In this document: positions 26,162 through 36,927 of the stretch, piece by piece | How positions within the stretch are numbered: position 1 is the first letter of the stretch | Layout: each line of letters starts with the position of its first letter | Source: Myxococcales bacterium | Lineage (GTDB): Bacteria; Myxococcota_A; Polyangia; Polyangiales; Ga0077539 | Length of the DNA stretch: 64,000 bases | Direction: 5' to 3' | Assembly: GCA_030652255.1 (NCBI GenBank) | Contig: JAUSAZ010000210.1 | Coordinates: forward strand, 224,222 to 288,221 | Made by a program: the position numbers and the translations under genes | Notes under the pieces: generated by a model | What the model was told of the DNA's origin: nothing | The model's database searches: none | What the model saw: the letters and a program-made list of their open reading frames with translations, nothing else

Positions 26162-27844
26162 GTGGCCTCCGGCGCGGGGCTGGCGTACTCAGGCGCGATG
26201 ACGCGGGTAGAGAGAGTGGCCCCCTGGCTCGCGGGCGCGATGCTGGCGCTCCCGGTGGTGCTCGTGACCTCGCCGCCGTCCTGCGACTTCCCGCAGTACG
26301 AGCTCATGGTCGCGCTCCTGCGCGGGTACGGTGACCCCTCGATCGCGCCGCGCGCGCTCTACGCGCTCACCCTCGGCAACGCCAACCAGGGCTTCTTCGC
26401 GCTCGCATGGCTCCTGTCGCTGGCCATGCCGGCCGCCCTGGCGTGCAAGCTCATCGTGGCGGCGTCGATCGCCGGGCTCCCGGTCGCTGCCGCACGCCTC
26501 GCCGACCACCTCGGACGCAGCCGATGGACCGCCGTGCTCACCGCCCCGCTGGCGCTCGGGCTGCTGTTCCGCTGGGGGCTCCTCGCCAACCTGCTCGGGC
26601 TGGTGCTCTTCGTGTGGGTGCTCCCGGCGCTCGATCGCTACACCGACGCGCCCTCGTGGCGTGGGGCCGGCGTCGTCGGCGCGGCGGGGGTCGGCGTCGC
26701 CCTCGCGCACAGCTCCGCGCCCTTCCTGCTGGGCCCCGCGGCCCTGGCGCTGGCCCTCGCGCGCGGCGGATCACGCTGGCGATTCGCGTGGGCCGCCGTC
26801 GCGGTCGCCCCCGCGGCGCTGCTCGTCGCGGCGCAGTACGCGCTCTTCCGCGCCAGCGCCGACGCCACCTTCGTGGCCTCGCGCGCCATCGTCGCCGGTC
26901 TGCGCGTCCGGCTCTCCGGGCTCCACGTCAACGCATACGGGCTCATGGAGGCGCCGCTCGCCCTCGCGCTCCTCGGGACCTTCGTCGCCGCGCTCGGCGT
27001 GATCTCCCTCGGCGTCGACGCCCCGCAAGGCACCAGCCCCCTCCGTCGCCATCGCTTCTCCCTCGCGGCCTTCCTCCTCGGCGCGCAGTACCTCATCTGG
27101 CCCTACAGCCTCGGCGGGACGGGCCTGCTCTACCTGCGCTTCCTCCCGCCGGCGATGGTGCTGCTCGCGGTCTCGGCGCCGCCCGCCGGGCCGCTCGTGC
27201 GCCACCGGCTCATCGTCGCGGTGCTCGCCGTGGCGGGCGTGCTCACGACGCTGCTCGGCGTCGCGCCCGCGTTTCGCGCCGCGCACGAGGGATACGCCGC
27301 GCTCGAACGCATCACGCCGCGCATCGCCCGCGGCAGCGCCGTGGTCGGGCTCAACCTCGCCGAGACCCCCGGGGCGCTCACCATCTTCAACCACGCCCAC
27401 GCCCACGTGGTCGCGCTCCGCGGAGGGCGCAGCCACGACGAGTTCGCGTCGCTGCCGCAGATGCCCGTGCGCTTCCGCCCCGGGATGGCCTGGGAGGCCT
27501 CCGCGTACCGGCTGCGCGAGCCGACGGACTTCATCCCCGAGGTGGACTTCCGGCGCTTCCGCTACGCCCTGGTGCGCGTCCCCGACGCCCGCACGCTCGC
27601 CCGCCTGCCCGCGGCGATGGGGCCTTCGGGGCGACAGATCGCCGTCTCCGGGGCGTGGGCCCTCTTCGAGTCGCAGCTGCCGGTCCTGCCGCTGACGGCG
27701 CCCGACCCTCCGGGGGTCCCGGCGGGCATTCCCGCAATCGGCTGGCGCCTCCGGGCGCTCGCCGGGGCCCGCAAACCGGCCGCCGGGGCGGACGTCGCGC
27801 CTGGCGGTCCTCGGCGCTGGCCAGCGGCATTTCCCGCGCGGTAG
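26162..27844 (+). CDS. Polytopic integral membrane protein with a soluble C-terminal region, up to 560 aa
   Basis: About 9-10 hydrophobic helices followed by a ~170-aa non-hydrophobic tail. No family recognised. The start could instead be the ATG of MTRVERV, a few codons downstream. Confidence 0.6.
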   Translation: MASGAGLAYSGAMTRVERVAPWLAGAMLALPVVLVTSPPSCDFPQYELMVALLRGYGDPSIAPRALYALTLGNANQGFFALAWLLSLAMPAALACKLIVAASIAGLPVAAARLADHLGRSRWTAVLTAPLALGLLFRWGLLANLLGLVLFVWVLPALDRYTDAPSWRGAGVVGAAGVGVALAHSSAPFLLGPAALALALARGGSRWRFAWAAVAVAPAALLVAAQYALFRASADATFVASRAIVAGLRVRLSGLHVNAYGLMEAPLALALLGTFVAALGVISLGVDAPQGTSPLRRHRFSLAAFLLGAQYLIWPYSLGGTGLLYLRFLPPAMVLLAVSAPPAGPLVRHRLIVAVLAVAGVLTTLLGVAPAFRAAHEGYAALERITPRIARGSAVVGLNLAETPGALTIFNHAHAHVVALRGGRSHDEFASLPQMPVRFRPGMAWEASAYRLREPTDFIPEVDFRRFRYALVRVPDARTLARLPAAMGPSGRQIAVSGAWALFESQLPVLPLTAPDPPGVPAGIPAIGWRLRALAGARKPAAGADVAPGGPRRWPAAFPAR

Positions 27845-27855
27845 CGTCTCGACCC

Positions 27856-29327
27856 GTGAAGCGGCTCTGGTGGGTGGTGTTGCTGGCGATGGCGGTGCTG
27901 TCCTGTCACGGCCGCGCAGCGGTGGTGGGCGGCGGTCTGGCGCGGGTGCGCGCCGCGGGGGTGCTGCGCTGGGGCGGCGACATCCAGGGCGGCGAGCCCT
28001 ACGTCTACGAAGACAGCGAGCACGGCGGGCGCCTCACGGGCTTCGAGGTCGAGCTCGCCAACGCGCTGGCCCGTGAGCTCGGCGTGCGCGCGCAGTTCGT
28101 GCAAAACGACTGGAGCGCGCTCATCCCCACGCTCGAGCGCGGCACCTTCGACGTCGCGCTCAACGGCGTCGAGGTCACCCCGCAGCGCGTCGGCCGCGTC
28201 CGCTTCACGCGCCCCTACTACATCTTCGGCGCGCGGCTCATGGCGCGGCGCAACGACCCCAGCGTCCAGCCCTCGCTCGCCTCGCTGCGCGGCCGCCGCG
28301 TGGGCACGCTCGCCAACAGCTTCTCCTACGAGCTCCTGCGCCACGTCGCCGAGATCGTCCCCTACGAGGGGGTCGAGGAGCCCTACATCGACCTCGTGCA
28401 GGGCCGCACCGACGCGGTGCTCCTCGACGACATCATCGCCACCCGCTACGGCGAGCCCAAGCCCGAGCTGCGCGTGGTGGGCGACATCGCCGACGGGTAC
28501 TACTCCGTCGCGCTGCGCCCGGCGGACGACGACCTGCGCGTGGCCCTCGACGCGGCCCTCGCGCGCATCACCGCCAGCGGCGAGCTCGAGCGCATCCTGC
28601 GCGGGTCCAACATCTTCAACGACCGCCAGCGCCGCCTCGTCACCTGGACCGACGACGACCAGCGGCGGATGCTCGGCACGGCCGCGGCGGGGCAGCGCTT
28701 CGGCTGGTCGCACGTCGCGCTCTTCGCGAAGGGCGCGCTCGTGACGCTTCTGCTCTCGGCGCTCGCGATGTGCCTCGCCATCCCGCTGGGCCTCGGGCTC
28801 GCGGTGGCGCGCCTCTACGGCCCCCGGGCGCTCTCCCGCCTCGCGGGCGCGTACGTCGAGCTCTACCGGGGCACGCCGGTGCTGCTCCAGCTCTACGTGC
28901 TCTATTACGGGCTCGCGCCCATCGTGAAGCTCAACGCGCTGTCCGCCGCGGTGCTGGGCCTCGGGATGAACTACGCCGCCTACGAGGCCGAGGTGTACCG
29001 CGCGGGCATCCAGGCGGTGCCCCGCGGGCAGATGGAGGCGGCCCTCTCGCTGGGCATGACCACGCCCCTCGCGCTGCGCCGGGTGGTGCTGCCGCAGGCC
29101 TTCCGCCTCGCCCTCCCGTCGGTGACCAACGACTTCATCGCGCTGCTCAAGGACAGCTCGCTGGTGTCGGTCATCACGGTGGTCGAGCTCACCAAGCAGA
29201 TGACCATCACCGCCGTCGACATCCGGGGCTGGGGCCTGCCGGGCGCGCTCTGCGCGCTCATGTACTTCACGATGAGCTACCCGCTTTCGCTCCTGGCGCA
29301 GCGGCTCGAGGCGAGGCTGGCGCGGTC

Positions 29328-29331
<4 letters not shown>
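27856..29331 (+). CDS. Polar amino-acid ABC transporter, fused substrate-binding domain and permease, 491 aa
   Basis: The substrate-binding (SBP) part reads LRWGGDIQGGEPYVYED..GFEVELANALAREL..DVALNGVEVT. The permease part carries an EAA-like loop (MNYAAYEAEVYRAGIQAVPRGQMEAALSLGM). GTG start at 27856. Confidence 0.85.
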
Positions 29332-30068
<737 letters not shown>

Positions 30069-30077
30069 CCGCGGGCG

Positions 30078-30587
30078 TCACATCATCGAAGGTCGCGAGC
30101 CGATCATGAAGGGCGCCTCGACCCACTCGCCCTCGTGGAAGGCGAAGAGCTTGTGGTCGTCGACCACGCCCCCCGCGCGCACGCTCGTCACGAGGTAGAC
30201 CACGGGCAGCACCGGGGTGCCGTCGGGCGCGGCGACGAGCTGGTCTTCCTTGGAGAAGTACGCGCCGCAGTCGCAGTGCGAGTGGTAGATCACCTTCACC
30301 GGGACGCCCCCCGCGTCGCCGTCGGCCAGCGCGCGCTGCATCACCATTCCGTCGATGATGTACGCGTCCTTCGCGGTGCGGGGGTAGGTCTCCGGATCGA
30401 GCGCGTGGTAGCGGTCGGCCAGGTTGGGCAGCCGCCGCCCGGAGGTGATCGCGCGGGGGTCTCCCGCCGGCCCCGAGAGCAGCCCGCAGGACTCGCCCGG
30501 GTACGCCTCGCGGGCGTGCGCGTCGACGTCGTCGAGGATGTCCTGCGGAATCACCAGGTCGCCCATCAGCCATCGACGAGTGCGCAT
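30078..30587 (-). CDS. mec: JAMM/MPN+ metalloprotease (Mec+-like), 169 aa
   Basis: E..(EAYPGESCGLL) and YHSHCDCGAYFSKED match HxHx7Sx2D. A GAGGAG SD lies 7 nt upstream of ATG 30587. Confidence 0.8.
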   Translation of the reverse strand: MRTRRWLMGDLVIPQDILDDVDAHAREAYPGESCGLLSGPAGDPRAITSGRRLPNLADRYHALDPETYPRTAKDAYIIDGMVMQRALADGDAGGVPVKVIYHSHCDCGAYFSKEDQLVAAPDGTPVLPVVYLVTSVRAGGVVDDHKLFAFHEGEWVEAPFMIGSRPSMM

Positions 30588-30601
30588 CGCTCGACTCCTC
30601 T

Positions 30602-31540
30602 TCACCAGGTGTAGAGACGTTCCCACTTCAGCGGGAGGAAGTACCGGTCGCCGCGGTCACACAGGATGGTCACCACGCAGCCCGGCTCGCCCCGCGCCGA
30701 CAGATCGCGCGCGATGCTGTAGGCCGCGAAGACGTTGGCCCCGGCGCTGTGCCCGACGTGCACGGCCTCCTGCTCCCAGAGGCGGTCGGTCATGTCCCAG
30801 CCGTCCTCGGTGTTGACCCACATCGTGGCGTCGGGCAGCGCGTCGTCGTAGATGGGCGGCACCAGCGAGCTCGGCAGGTGCTTCAGGCCCTCCAGGCCGT
30901 GCAGCGCGTCGGCGGGCTGCACCGCCACGCAGCGGATCGGGCGGTGGTGCTCCTTCAAGCGGCGCGTGGTGCCCATCATCGTCCCGGTGGTGCCGAGGCC
31001 CGTGACGAAGTGGGTGATGCGGTCGCCCACGTCCGCGAGGATCTCCGCGCCGGTGGTGCGGTAGTGCGCGCCGGGGTTGCTCGGGTTGGAGTACTGGTCG
31101 GGGTAGTAGTAGCGGTCGGGGCTCTCGGCCACGAGCTTGCGGGCGAGGCGGATGGCGCCGTCGCTGCCCTCCAGCGGGTCGGAGTAGACGATCTCCGTGC
31201 CGAAGGCGCGGGTGATGTCCTTGCGCGCCTGCGAGACGTTGGAGGGCATCACGAGCGCGACCCGGTACCCGAGCGCGGCCCCGACGAGGGAGTACGCCAC
31301 GCCCGTGTTGCCCGAGGTCGAGTCGATGAGCACCCGGTCGCGGGTGAGGTCGCCCCGCGCGATGGCGTCGAGGAACATCTCCCGGGCCGGGCGATCCTTC
31401 ACCGAGCCGCCGGGGTTCTGGAACTCCAGCTTGGCGTAGATCTCCACGCCGGGCGTGTCTCGCTCCAGCGCCCGCAGGCGCAGCAGCGGCGTGTTGCCCA
31501 CCGCGTCGAGGATGGAGTCGAGGCGCTTCGGGCGAAGCAT
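30602..31540 (-). CDS. cysM: CysM-type PLP-dependent cysteine synthase (probable CysO-thiocarboxylate-dependent sulfhydrylase), 312 aa
   Basis: GNTPLLRL, NPGGSVKDRPA (PLP Lys), STSGNTG. Its ATG overlaps the stop of the upstream 101-aa ORF (TGATG). Confidence 0.85.
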   Translation of the reverse strand: MLRPKRLDSILDAVGNTPLLRLRALERDTPGVEIYAKLEFQNPGGSVKDRPAREMFLDAIARGDLTRDRVLIDSTSGNTGVAYSLVGAALGYRVALVMPSNVSQARKDITRAFGTEIVYSDPLEGSDGAIRLARKLVAESPDRYYYPDQYSNPSNPGAHYRTTGAEILADVGDRITHFVTGLGTTGTMMGTTRRLKEHHRPIRCVAVQPADALHGLEGLKHLPSSLVPPIYDDALPDATMWVNTEDGWDMTDRLWEQEAVHVGHSAGANVFAAYSIARDLSARGEPGCVVTILCDRGDRYFLPLKWERLYTW

Positions 31541-31845
31541 CAACGGCCCAACCGCGCCAGCAACCCTTCAGGAATCACCTGAGGGATCTGCCCCAGGATC
31601 CGCCTGGCGGCCTCGATGCTCGCCCACGCGGCGACGGGCCGGCTCGCGGCGTCTGGCACGGACACGACGATGGCTGCATCGGGCGAGACCAGGCCGCCCG
31701 CCCGCTCGTGGGTCGCGCGCAACAGCTCGTTGCCGGGCTCGAAGCGCACCGCGGTGGTCGACAGCCGACGGTGGCCTTCGGGGCCGAGCTCGGGCAGGGC
31801 GATCTGCCGACCGAAGCGCGCGTAGTCGACGCGCGGCTCGCTCAT
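31540..31845 (-). CDS. Small protein homologous to the N-terminal segment of ThiF/MoeB/MoeZ E1 enzymes, with a degenerate Rossmann start, 101 aa
   Basis: YARFGRQIALPELGPEGHRRLSTTAV matches the E1 N-terminal RYxRQ..P..G..GQ..L motif, but VRFEPGNEL replaces the GxGxxG. No Cys residues. Coupled at both ends (ATGA with cysO, TGATG with cysM). Third-codon positions are strongly G/C by eye. Confidence 0.6.
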   Translation of the reverse strand: MSEPRVDYARFGRQIALPELGPEGHRRLSTTAVRFEPGNELLRATHERAGGLVSPDAAIVVSVPDAASRPVAAWASIEAARRILGQIPQVIPEGLLARLGR

Positions 31846-32114
31846 CCGCCTGCGATCGCCGGGACGATGGTGAGGGTGTCGGTCTCCTTCAGGCGGGTGT
31901 TGAGCCCGTCAAGGAAACGGACGTCTTCTTCATTGAGATAGAGGTTCACGAAGCGACGGATGCCCTTGGCGTCGAGCAGGCGGTCCTTGAGGCCGGGGTG
32001 CGCGCCCTCGAGCTGGTCGATGAGCTCACCCACCGTGGCGCCCGTGCCCGTGACCTCTTCCTTGCCCGCCGTCAGGGTCCGCAGCTGCGTCGGAACCCGC
32101 ACCGTGATCGCCAT
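31842..32114 (-). CDS. cysO: ThiS/MoaD-family sulfur-carrier protein (CysO-like), 90 aa, ending in Gly-Gly
   Basis: MAITVRVPTQLR...TLTIVPAIAGG followed by the stop. A strong AAGGAGG SD lies upstream. Confidence 0.85.
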   Translation of the reverse strand: MAITVRVPTQLRTLTAGKEEVTGTGATVGELIDQLEGAHPGLKDRLLDAKGIRRFVNLYLNEEDVRFLDGLNTRLKETDTLTIVPAIAGG

Positions 32115-32185
32115 CGAGAGCCTCCTTGGGAGCGTCCGTTTCGCGCGTTCAATAAACTGAAAATTCCGAGCAGTCCAGTGGAACC

Positions 32186-32845
32186 TCAGCCCCCGCCGCA
32201 CAGCGGGCAGTCGGTTCGACGGGCGAAGCGCGTCGCCCGAAATGTCTGGTTCCACCCGTCGAATCGCGCAAGGTGCCCGGCCGTCGAGCGATCGCCGCGG
32301 AGCAACCGCAGGGCGTCGGCGGCCATGAGCCCGCCGATGACCGAGGTCACCGGCCCGTAGACCCCGGCGATGGCACAGCTGGTGGTCTCCTCGTCGGGCA
32401 CCTCCTCGAACACGCAGCGGTAGCAGGCGCCGTCGCCCCACCACACCGGCAGCACGGTGCCGTGCCACGCGACGCAGGCGCCGTGCACCACGGGCACCCC
32501 GAGCCCGCGCGCCGCGTCCGCCGCCAGGAACTTCGTCGGCAGGTTGTCGCTCCCCTCGACGATGAGCGAGGCCCCACGCAACAACTCCTCCGCCCTCTCG
32601 GGCACGAGGTGCTCCGCCCGCGTCTCGACCTTCGCCCCGGGCGCGATGCGTCGCAGCGCGTCGCCCGCGGCCTCCACCTTCCGCCGCCCGACGTCGCCCT
32701 CACCGAACAGCACCTGCCGATGCAGGTTCGATCGCTCGACCGTGTCCTCGTCGATGAGCCGCAGCGAGACGCCGGCCTCGGCGAGCGCGAGGGCCGCGGG
32801 GCAACCGAGGCCCCCGACGCCGACCACCGCCACGAGCGGGGCCAT
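32186..32845 (-). CDS. ThiF/MoeB-family E1-like adenylyltransferase core, 219 aa, N-terminally short
   Basis: VAVVGVGGLGCP (GxGxxG) begins at residue 5. Also DEDTVERSNLHRQ, and two CxxC motifs (CYRC, CPLC). An in-frame TAG lies directly upstream of the ATG. Confidence 0.85.
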   Translation of the reverse strand: MAPLVAVVGVGGLGCPAALALAEAGVSLRLIDEDTVERSNLHRQVLFGEGDVGRRKVEAAGDALRRIAPGAKVETRAEHLVPERAEELLRGASLIVEGSDNLPTKFLAADAARGLGVPVVHGACVAWHGTVLPVWWGDGACYRCVFEEVPDEETTSCAIAGVYGPVTSVIGGLMAADALRLLRGDRSTAGHLARFDGWNQTFRATRFARRTDCPLCGGG

Positions 32846-33813
<968 letters not shown>

Positions 33814-33817
<4 letters not shown>

Positions 33818-34593
33818 CCGCGCCGCGACTCACCCAGGAGCACCGCCCGCGTGCGCCGCGCAGAGTCTTCCAGGGTGGCCACCCGGCGCAATCCGAAGCG
33901 CTGCCCGTCGAGGCGGCGGCGCACGGCGGCGCACCACGACGCCAACCGCTCCTCGTCGGGGAGCCCGTCGGGCCAGGTCAGCTCGAGCGCGATGACCTCG
34001 CTCGGCCGCGCGGTGCACCCCGCACTGTCGAGGGCCTCGGCCGCCGCCGCGAGGCGCTCGGCGCGATCGCCCCCGCGCGACCCCTCGGGCGCCGCCTCGA
34101 AGGCATCGCCGAGCGACGTGGACGGACCCGCGGGCGCCAGGGTCGCGCGCACCACGGCGAGCGACGCGCCGTCGGTCGGGTCGCGCGCCTCGGGCACCAG
34201 CGCCAGCAGCGGGTCGAGCGCGAAGGAGCGCTCGCGCAGCCCCCGGTGCGGCACCGAGAGCGCCGCCGTGTCGCAGCGCATCGAGGCGTGCCAGAGCAGG
34301 TCGAGGTCTAGGGTGCGGGGGCCCCAGCGCTCGCGTCGCTCACGCCCGAGCGAGCGCTCGACGCCGAGGCAGAGATCGAGCGCGTCGGACAGGCTGCCGT
34401 CGAAGTCGAGCGCGAACGCGGTGTTGAGGTAGTCGGGCTGCGGCGGACCCATCGGGGCGGTCTCCCACACCGGCGCGACCCGGACGCGCTCGACGCCGAA
34501 GCGGTGGGCCACGAGGTCGCGCGCGGCGCGCAGGATCGACCGCCGCCCTCCGAGGTTGGTGCCCGCGCCGATCACGAGGGTGGAGCCGTTCAT
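33814..34593 (-). CDS. folK: HPPK (2-amino-4-hydroxy-6-hydroxymethyldihydropteridine diphosphokinase) with a ~100-aa C-terminal extension, 259 aa
   Basis: ..VAPVWETAPMGPPQPDYLNTAF..ERRERWGPRTLDLDLL..VPHRGLRERSFALDPL are HPPK motifs. The extension is unrecognised. Confidence 0.8.
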
Positions 34594-34662
34594 CGCTGCG
34601 AATCTACCGGTCGCGGCGACGGCGGGCACGATCGCTTGACCGGAGCGGCGGGGGGTGTGGGA

Positions 34663-35604
34663 ATGCGCGGCATGAAGAAGGTTCTGGTCACCGGGGCGGC
34701 GGGGTTCATCGGGCATCACGTCGCGACGGCGTGGCGGCGGGAGGGAGCGCACGTGGTGGTGCTCGACAGCCTGCGCACGGGCAAGCGCGAGAACGTGGCC
34801 CGCATCCCCGACGACGGGGGCCTCACCTTCATCGAGGGCAGCATCACCGACCCCGCGACGGTGAAGCGCGCCATGGAGGGCTGCTCGGTGGTGCACCACC
34901 TCGCGGCGCAGGTGAGCGTCCCGGAGTCGATGGAGCACCCGCGGGAGTGCGTGGAAATCAACGTGCACGGCACGCTCAACGTGCTCGACGCGGCGAAGGC
35001 CGCTGGGGTCTCGCGGGTGGTGTTCTCCAGCAGCGCGGCGGTGTACGGGGACGACCCGCGGAGCCCCAAGACCGAGGACATGACCCCGGCGCCGAAGTCC
35101 CCGTACGGCATCACCAAGCTCGACGGGGAGTATTACCTGAAGATGTACGCCGAGGCGCACGGGGTGCCGACGGTGAGCCTGCGGTACTTCAACGTCTTCG
35201 GCCCGCGGCAGGACCCGAAGAGCGTCTACGCCGCGGCGGTGCCCATCTTCATCGAGCGGGCCCTGCAGGGCGCGGACATCAACATCTTCGGCGACGGCGA
35301 GCAGACGCGGGACTTCGTCTTCGTGGGCGACGTGGTGGCGGCCAACCTGCTGGCGGCGACCTCCGCGGGGGCCGGCCGGGGGGAGGTGTTCAACGTCGCG
35401 CAGGGCGGTCGCATCACCATCAACGAGCTGGCGCAGACCATCGTGCGGGTCACCGGCAGCGCGTCGAAGATCGTGCACGCGCCCGAGCGGGCGGGGGACA
35501 TCCGGCACAGCCAGGCCTCCATCGGGCGCATCGTCGAGGGCCTCGGCTTCGCGCCGAAGACCTCCCTCGAGCAGGGGCTCCGCGCGTGCCTGGCCCCGAG
35601 GTGA
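34663..35604 (+). CDS. NAD-dependent epimerase/dehydratase (UDP-sugar 4-epimerase-like SDR), ~313 aa
   Basis: VLVTGAAGFIGHH, SSSAAVYG, YGITKLDGE (YxxxK). The ATG is at 34663 or 34672. Confidence 0.85.
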   Translation: MRGMKKVLVTGAAGFIGHHVATAWRREGAHVVVLDSLRTGKRENVARIPDDGGLTFIEGSITDPATVKRAMEGCSVVHHLAAQVSVPESMEHPRECVEINVHGTLNVLDAAKAAGVSRVVFSSSAAVYGDDPRSPKTEDMTPAPKSPYGITKLDGEYYLKMYAEAHGVPTVSLRYFNVFGPRQDPKSVYAAAVPIFIERALQGADINIFGDGEQTRDFVFVGDVVAANLLAATSAGAGRGEVFNVAQGGRITINELAQTIVRVTGSASKIVHAPERAGDIRHSQASIGRIVEGLGFAPKTSLEQGLRACLAPR

Positions 35605-35659
35605 TGGCGGCGCCGTCGCCGCTCGCGCCGGTGGGCAACCTGCGGCATGATCGGGCGCG

Positions 35660-35866
35660 ATGATGGACCGCGCGCAGACAACCCGCCCGGAGGGGCCCTA
35701 CCGATCGCCGGGGCGTGCGCTCGCGGACTGCTCGGCGCGCCCGACGGGCTGGGTGGTGTTCCTCATCGACGCCTGCGTGGTGCTGGCCATCGCCGGCGCG
35801 GTGGTGATGGTCCCGCGCTGGCCGGCGCTGGTCGACGTGGCCGCGCGGCGGTTCCTGGGGTTCTGA
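35660..35866 (+). CDS. Possible small membrane protein, 68 aa
   Basis: One hydrophobic helix (WVVFLIDACVVLAIAGAVVMV). Third-codon positions are nearly all G/C. Its stop overlaps the mnmA ATG (TGATG). No homology recognised. Confidence 0.4.
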   Translation: MMDRAQTTRPEGPYRSPGRALADCSARPTGWVVFLIDACVVLAIAGAVVMVPRWPALVDVAARRFLGF

Positions 35867-36927
35867 TGGCCCGGCGCATCGTGGTCGGAATGAGCGGCGG
35901 GGTGGACTCGTCAGCGGCGGCGGCGATGCTGCACCGCGACGGCTGGGAGGTCATCGGGGTCACCCTCCACCTGTGGGACTACGTCCGCGAGGGACACGCG
36001 GGCCGCTGCTGCTCCCCGGAAGACCAGTACGACGCCGCCCGCGTCTGCGCCTCGCTGGGCGTCGCGCACTACACCTTCGACCGGCGCGACCTCTTCCGCG
36101 AGAAGGTCGTCGACCGCTTCGTCGAGGACTACGCCGCCGGCCGCACGCCGAGCCCCTGCGTGCGCTGCAACGAGTCGGTGAAGCTCGGGCCGCTCTGGGA
36201 GATCGCCGAGCGCCTCGGGGCCGAGGCCGTCGCGACGGGGCACTACGCGCGGGTCGCGACCGACGGGGACGGCATCGACCTGCGCGCCGCCGCCGATGCC
36301 GCGAAGGACCAGTCGTACTTCCTCTGGGCCGCGCCCCTCGACGCCCTGCGCCGGCTGCACCTCCCGCTCGGGGCGATGACCAAGCCCGAGGTGCGCGCCG
36401 TCGCCGCGGCCGCGGGGCTCGTCAACGCCGACAAGCCGGAGTCGGTCGACCTGTGCTTCCTGGAGGGCCAGGCCTACCCGGCCTTCATGGCGCGGCACGG
36501 CGGAGCGAATACCCGACCGGGTAACATCGAGACCGCCGACGGCGAGGTGGTGGGCCGGCACGACGGCGTGCACGCGTTTACGCCAGGCCAGCGGCGGGGC
36601 CTCGGCGCCGGGGGCAGGCCTCGCTACGTGCTGAAGATCGTGCCCGAGCGCGCGGCCGTGGTGGTGGCCGACGACGAGGGGGCGCGCGGCGGGGGCGCGA
36701 CCCTGGAAGGCTTCCGGTGGCTCTGCGATGCGCGGCCCGGCCGGGTGCGAGCGCGCATCCGGTATCGCCACCAGGGGGTCGGCGCGACCCTCGAAGAGAC
36801 CGGGGGCGGGGGCGCGCGGCTGCGCTTCGACGAGCCCCAGCGGGGCGTGGCGCCCGGACAGGCGGCGGTGATCTACGAGGGCGACCGGGTGGTCGGCGGC
36901 GGCTGGATCGCCGAGGTGCCGTCGTGA
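35866..36927 (+). CDS. mnmA: tRNA-specific 2-thiouridylase
   Basis: VVGMSGGVDSSAAA (canonical PP-loop), TPSPCVRCN, ATGHYAR, DQSYFL. Confidence 0.9.
   Translation: MARRIVVGMSGGVDSSAAAAMLHRDGWEVIGVTLHLWDYVREGHAGRCCSPEDQYDAARVCASLGVAHYTFDRRDLFREKVVDRFVEDYAAGRTPSPCVRCNESVKLGPLWEIAERLGAEAVATGHYARVATDGDGIDLRAAADAAKDQSYFLWAAPLDALRRLHLPLGAMTKPEVRAVAAAAGLVNADKPESVDLCFLEGQAYPAFMARHGGANTRPGNIETADGEVVGRHDGVHAFTPGQRRGLGAGGRPRYVLKIVPERAAVVVADDEGARGGGATLEGFRWLCDARPGRVRARIRYRHQGVGATLEETGGGGARLRFDEPQRGVAPGQAAVIYEGDRVVGGGWIAEVPS

Noticed and set aside
32115-32185. A sigma54 (-24 GG / -12 GC) promoter in the AT-rich spacer before cysO
   Set aside because: TGGACTGCTCGGAATT does not place a GC at the required 10-nt spacing after the GG, so no acceptable match exists.
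30078-32845. E1 + ubiquitin-like (GG-ending) protein + JAMM peptidase, read as a bacterial ubiquitin-like conjugation or antiphage (Bil/CBASS-Cap2/3-like) system
   Set aside because: No E2-like protein is present; the 101-aa ORF has no Cys at all. The genes are interleaved and translationally coupled with two PLP cysteine synthases, matching the established CysO/CysM/Mec+ biosynthetic logic.
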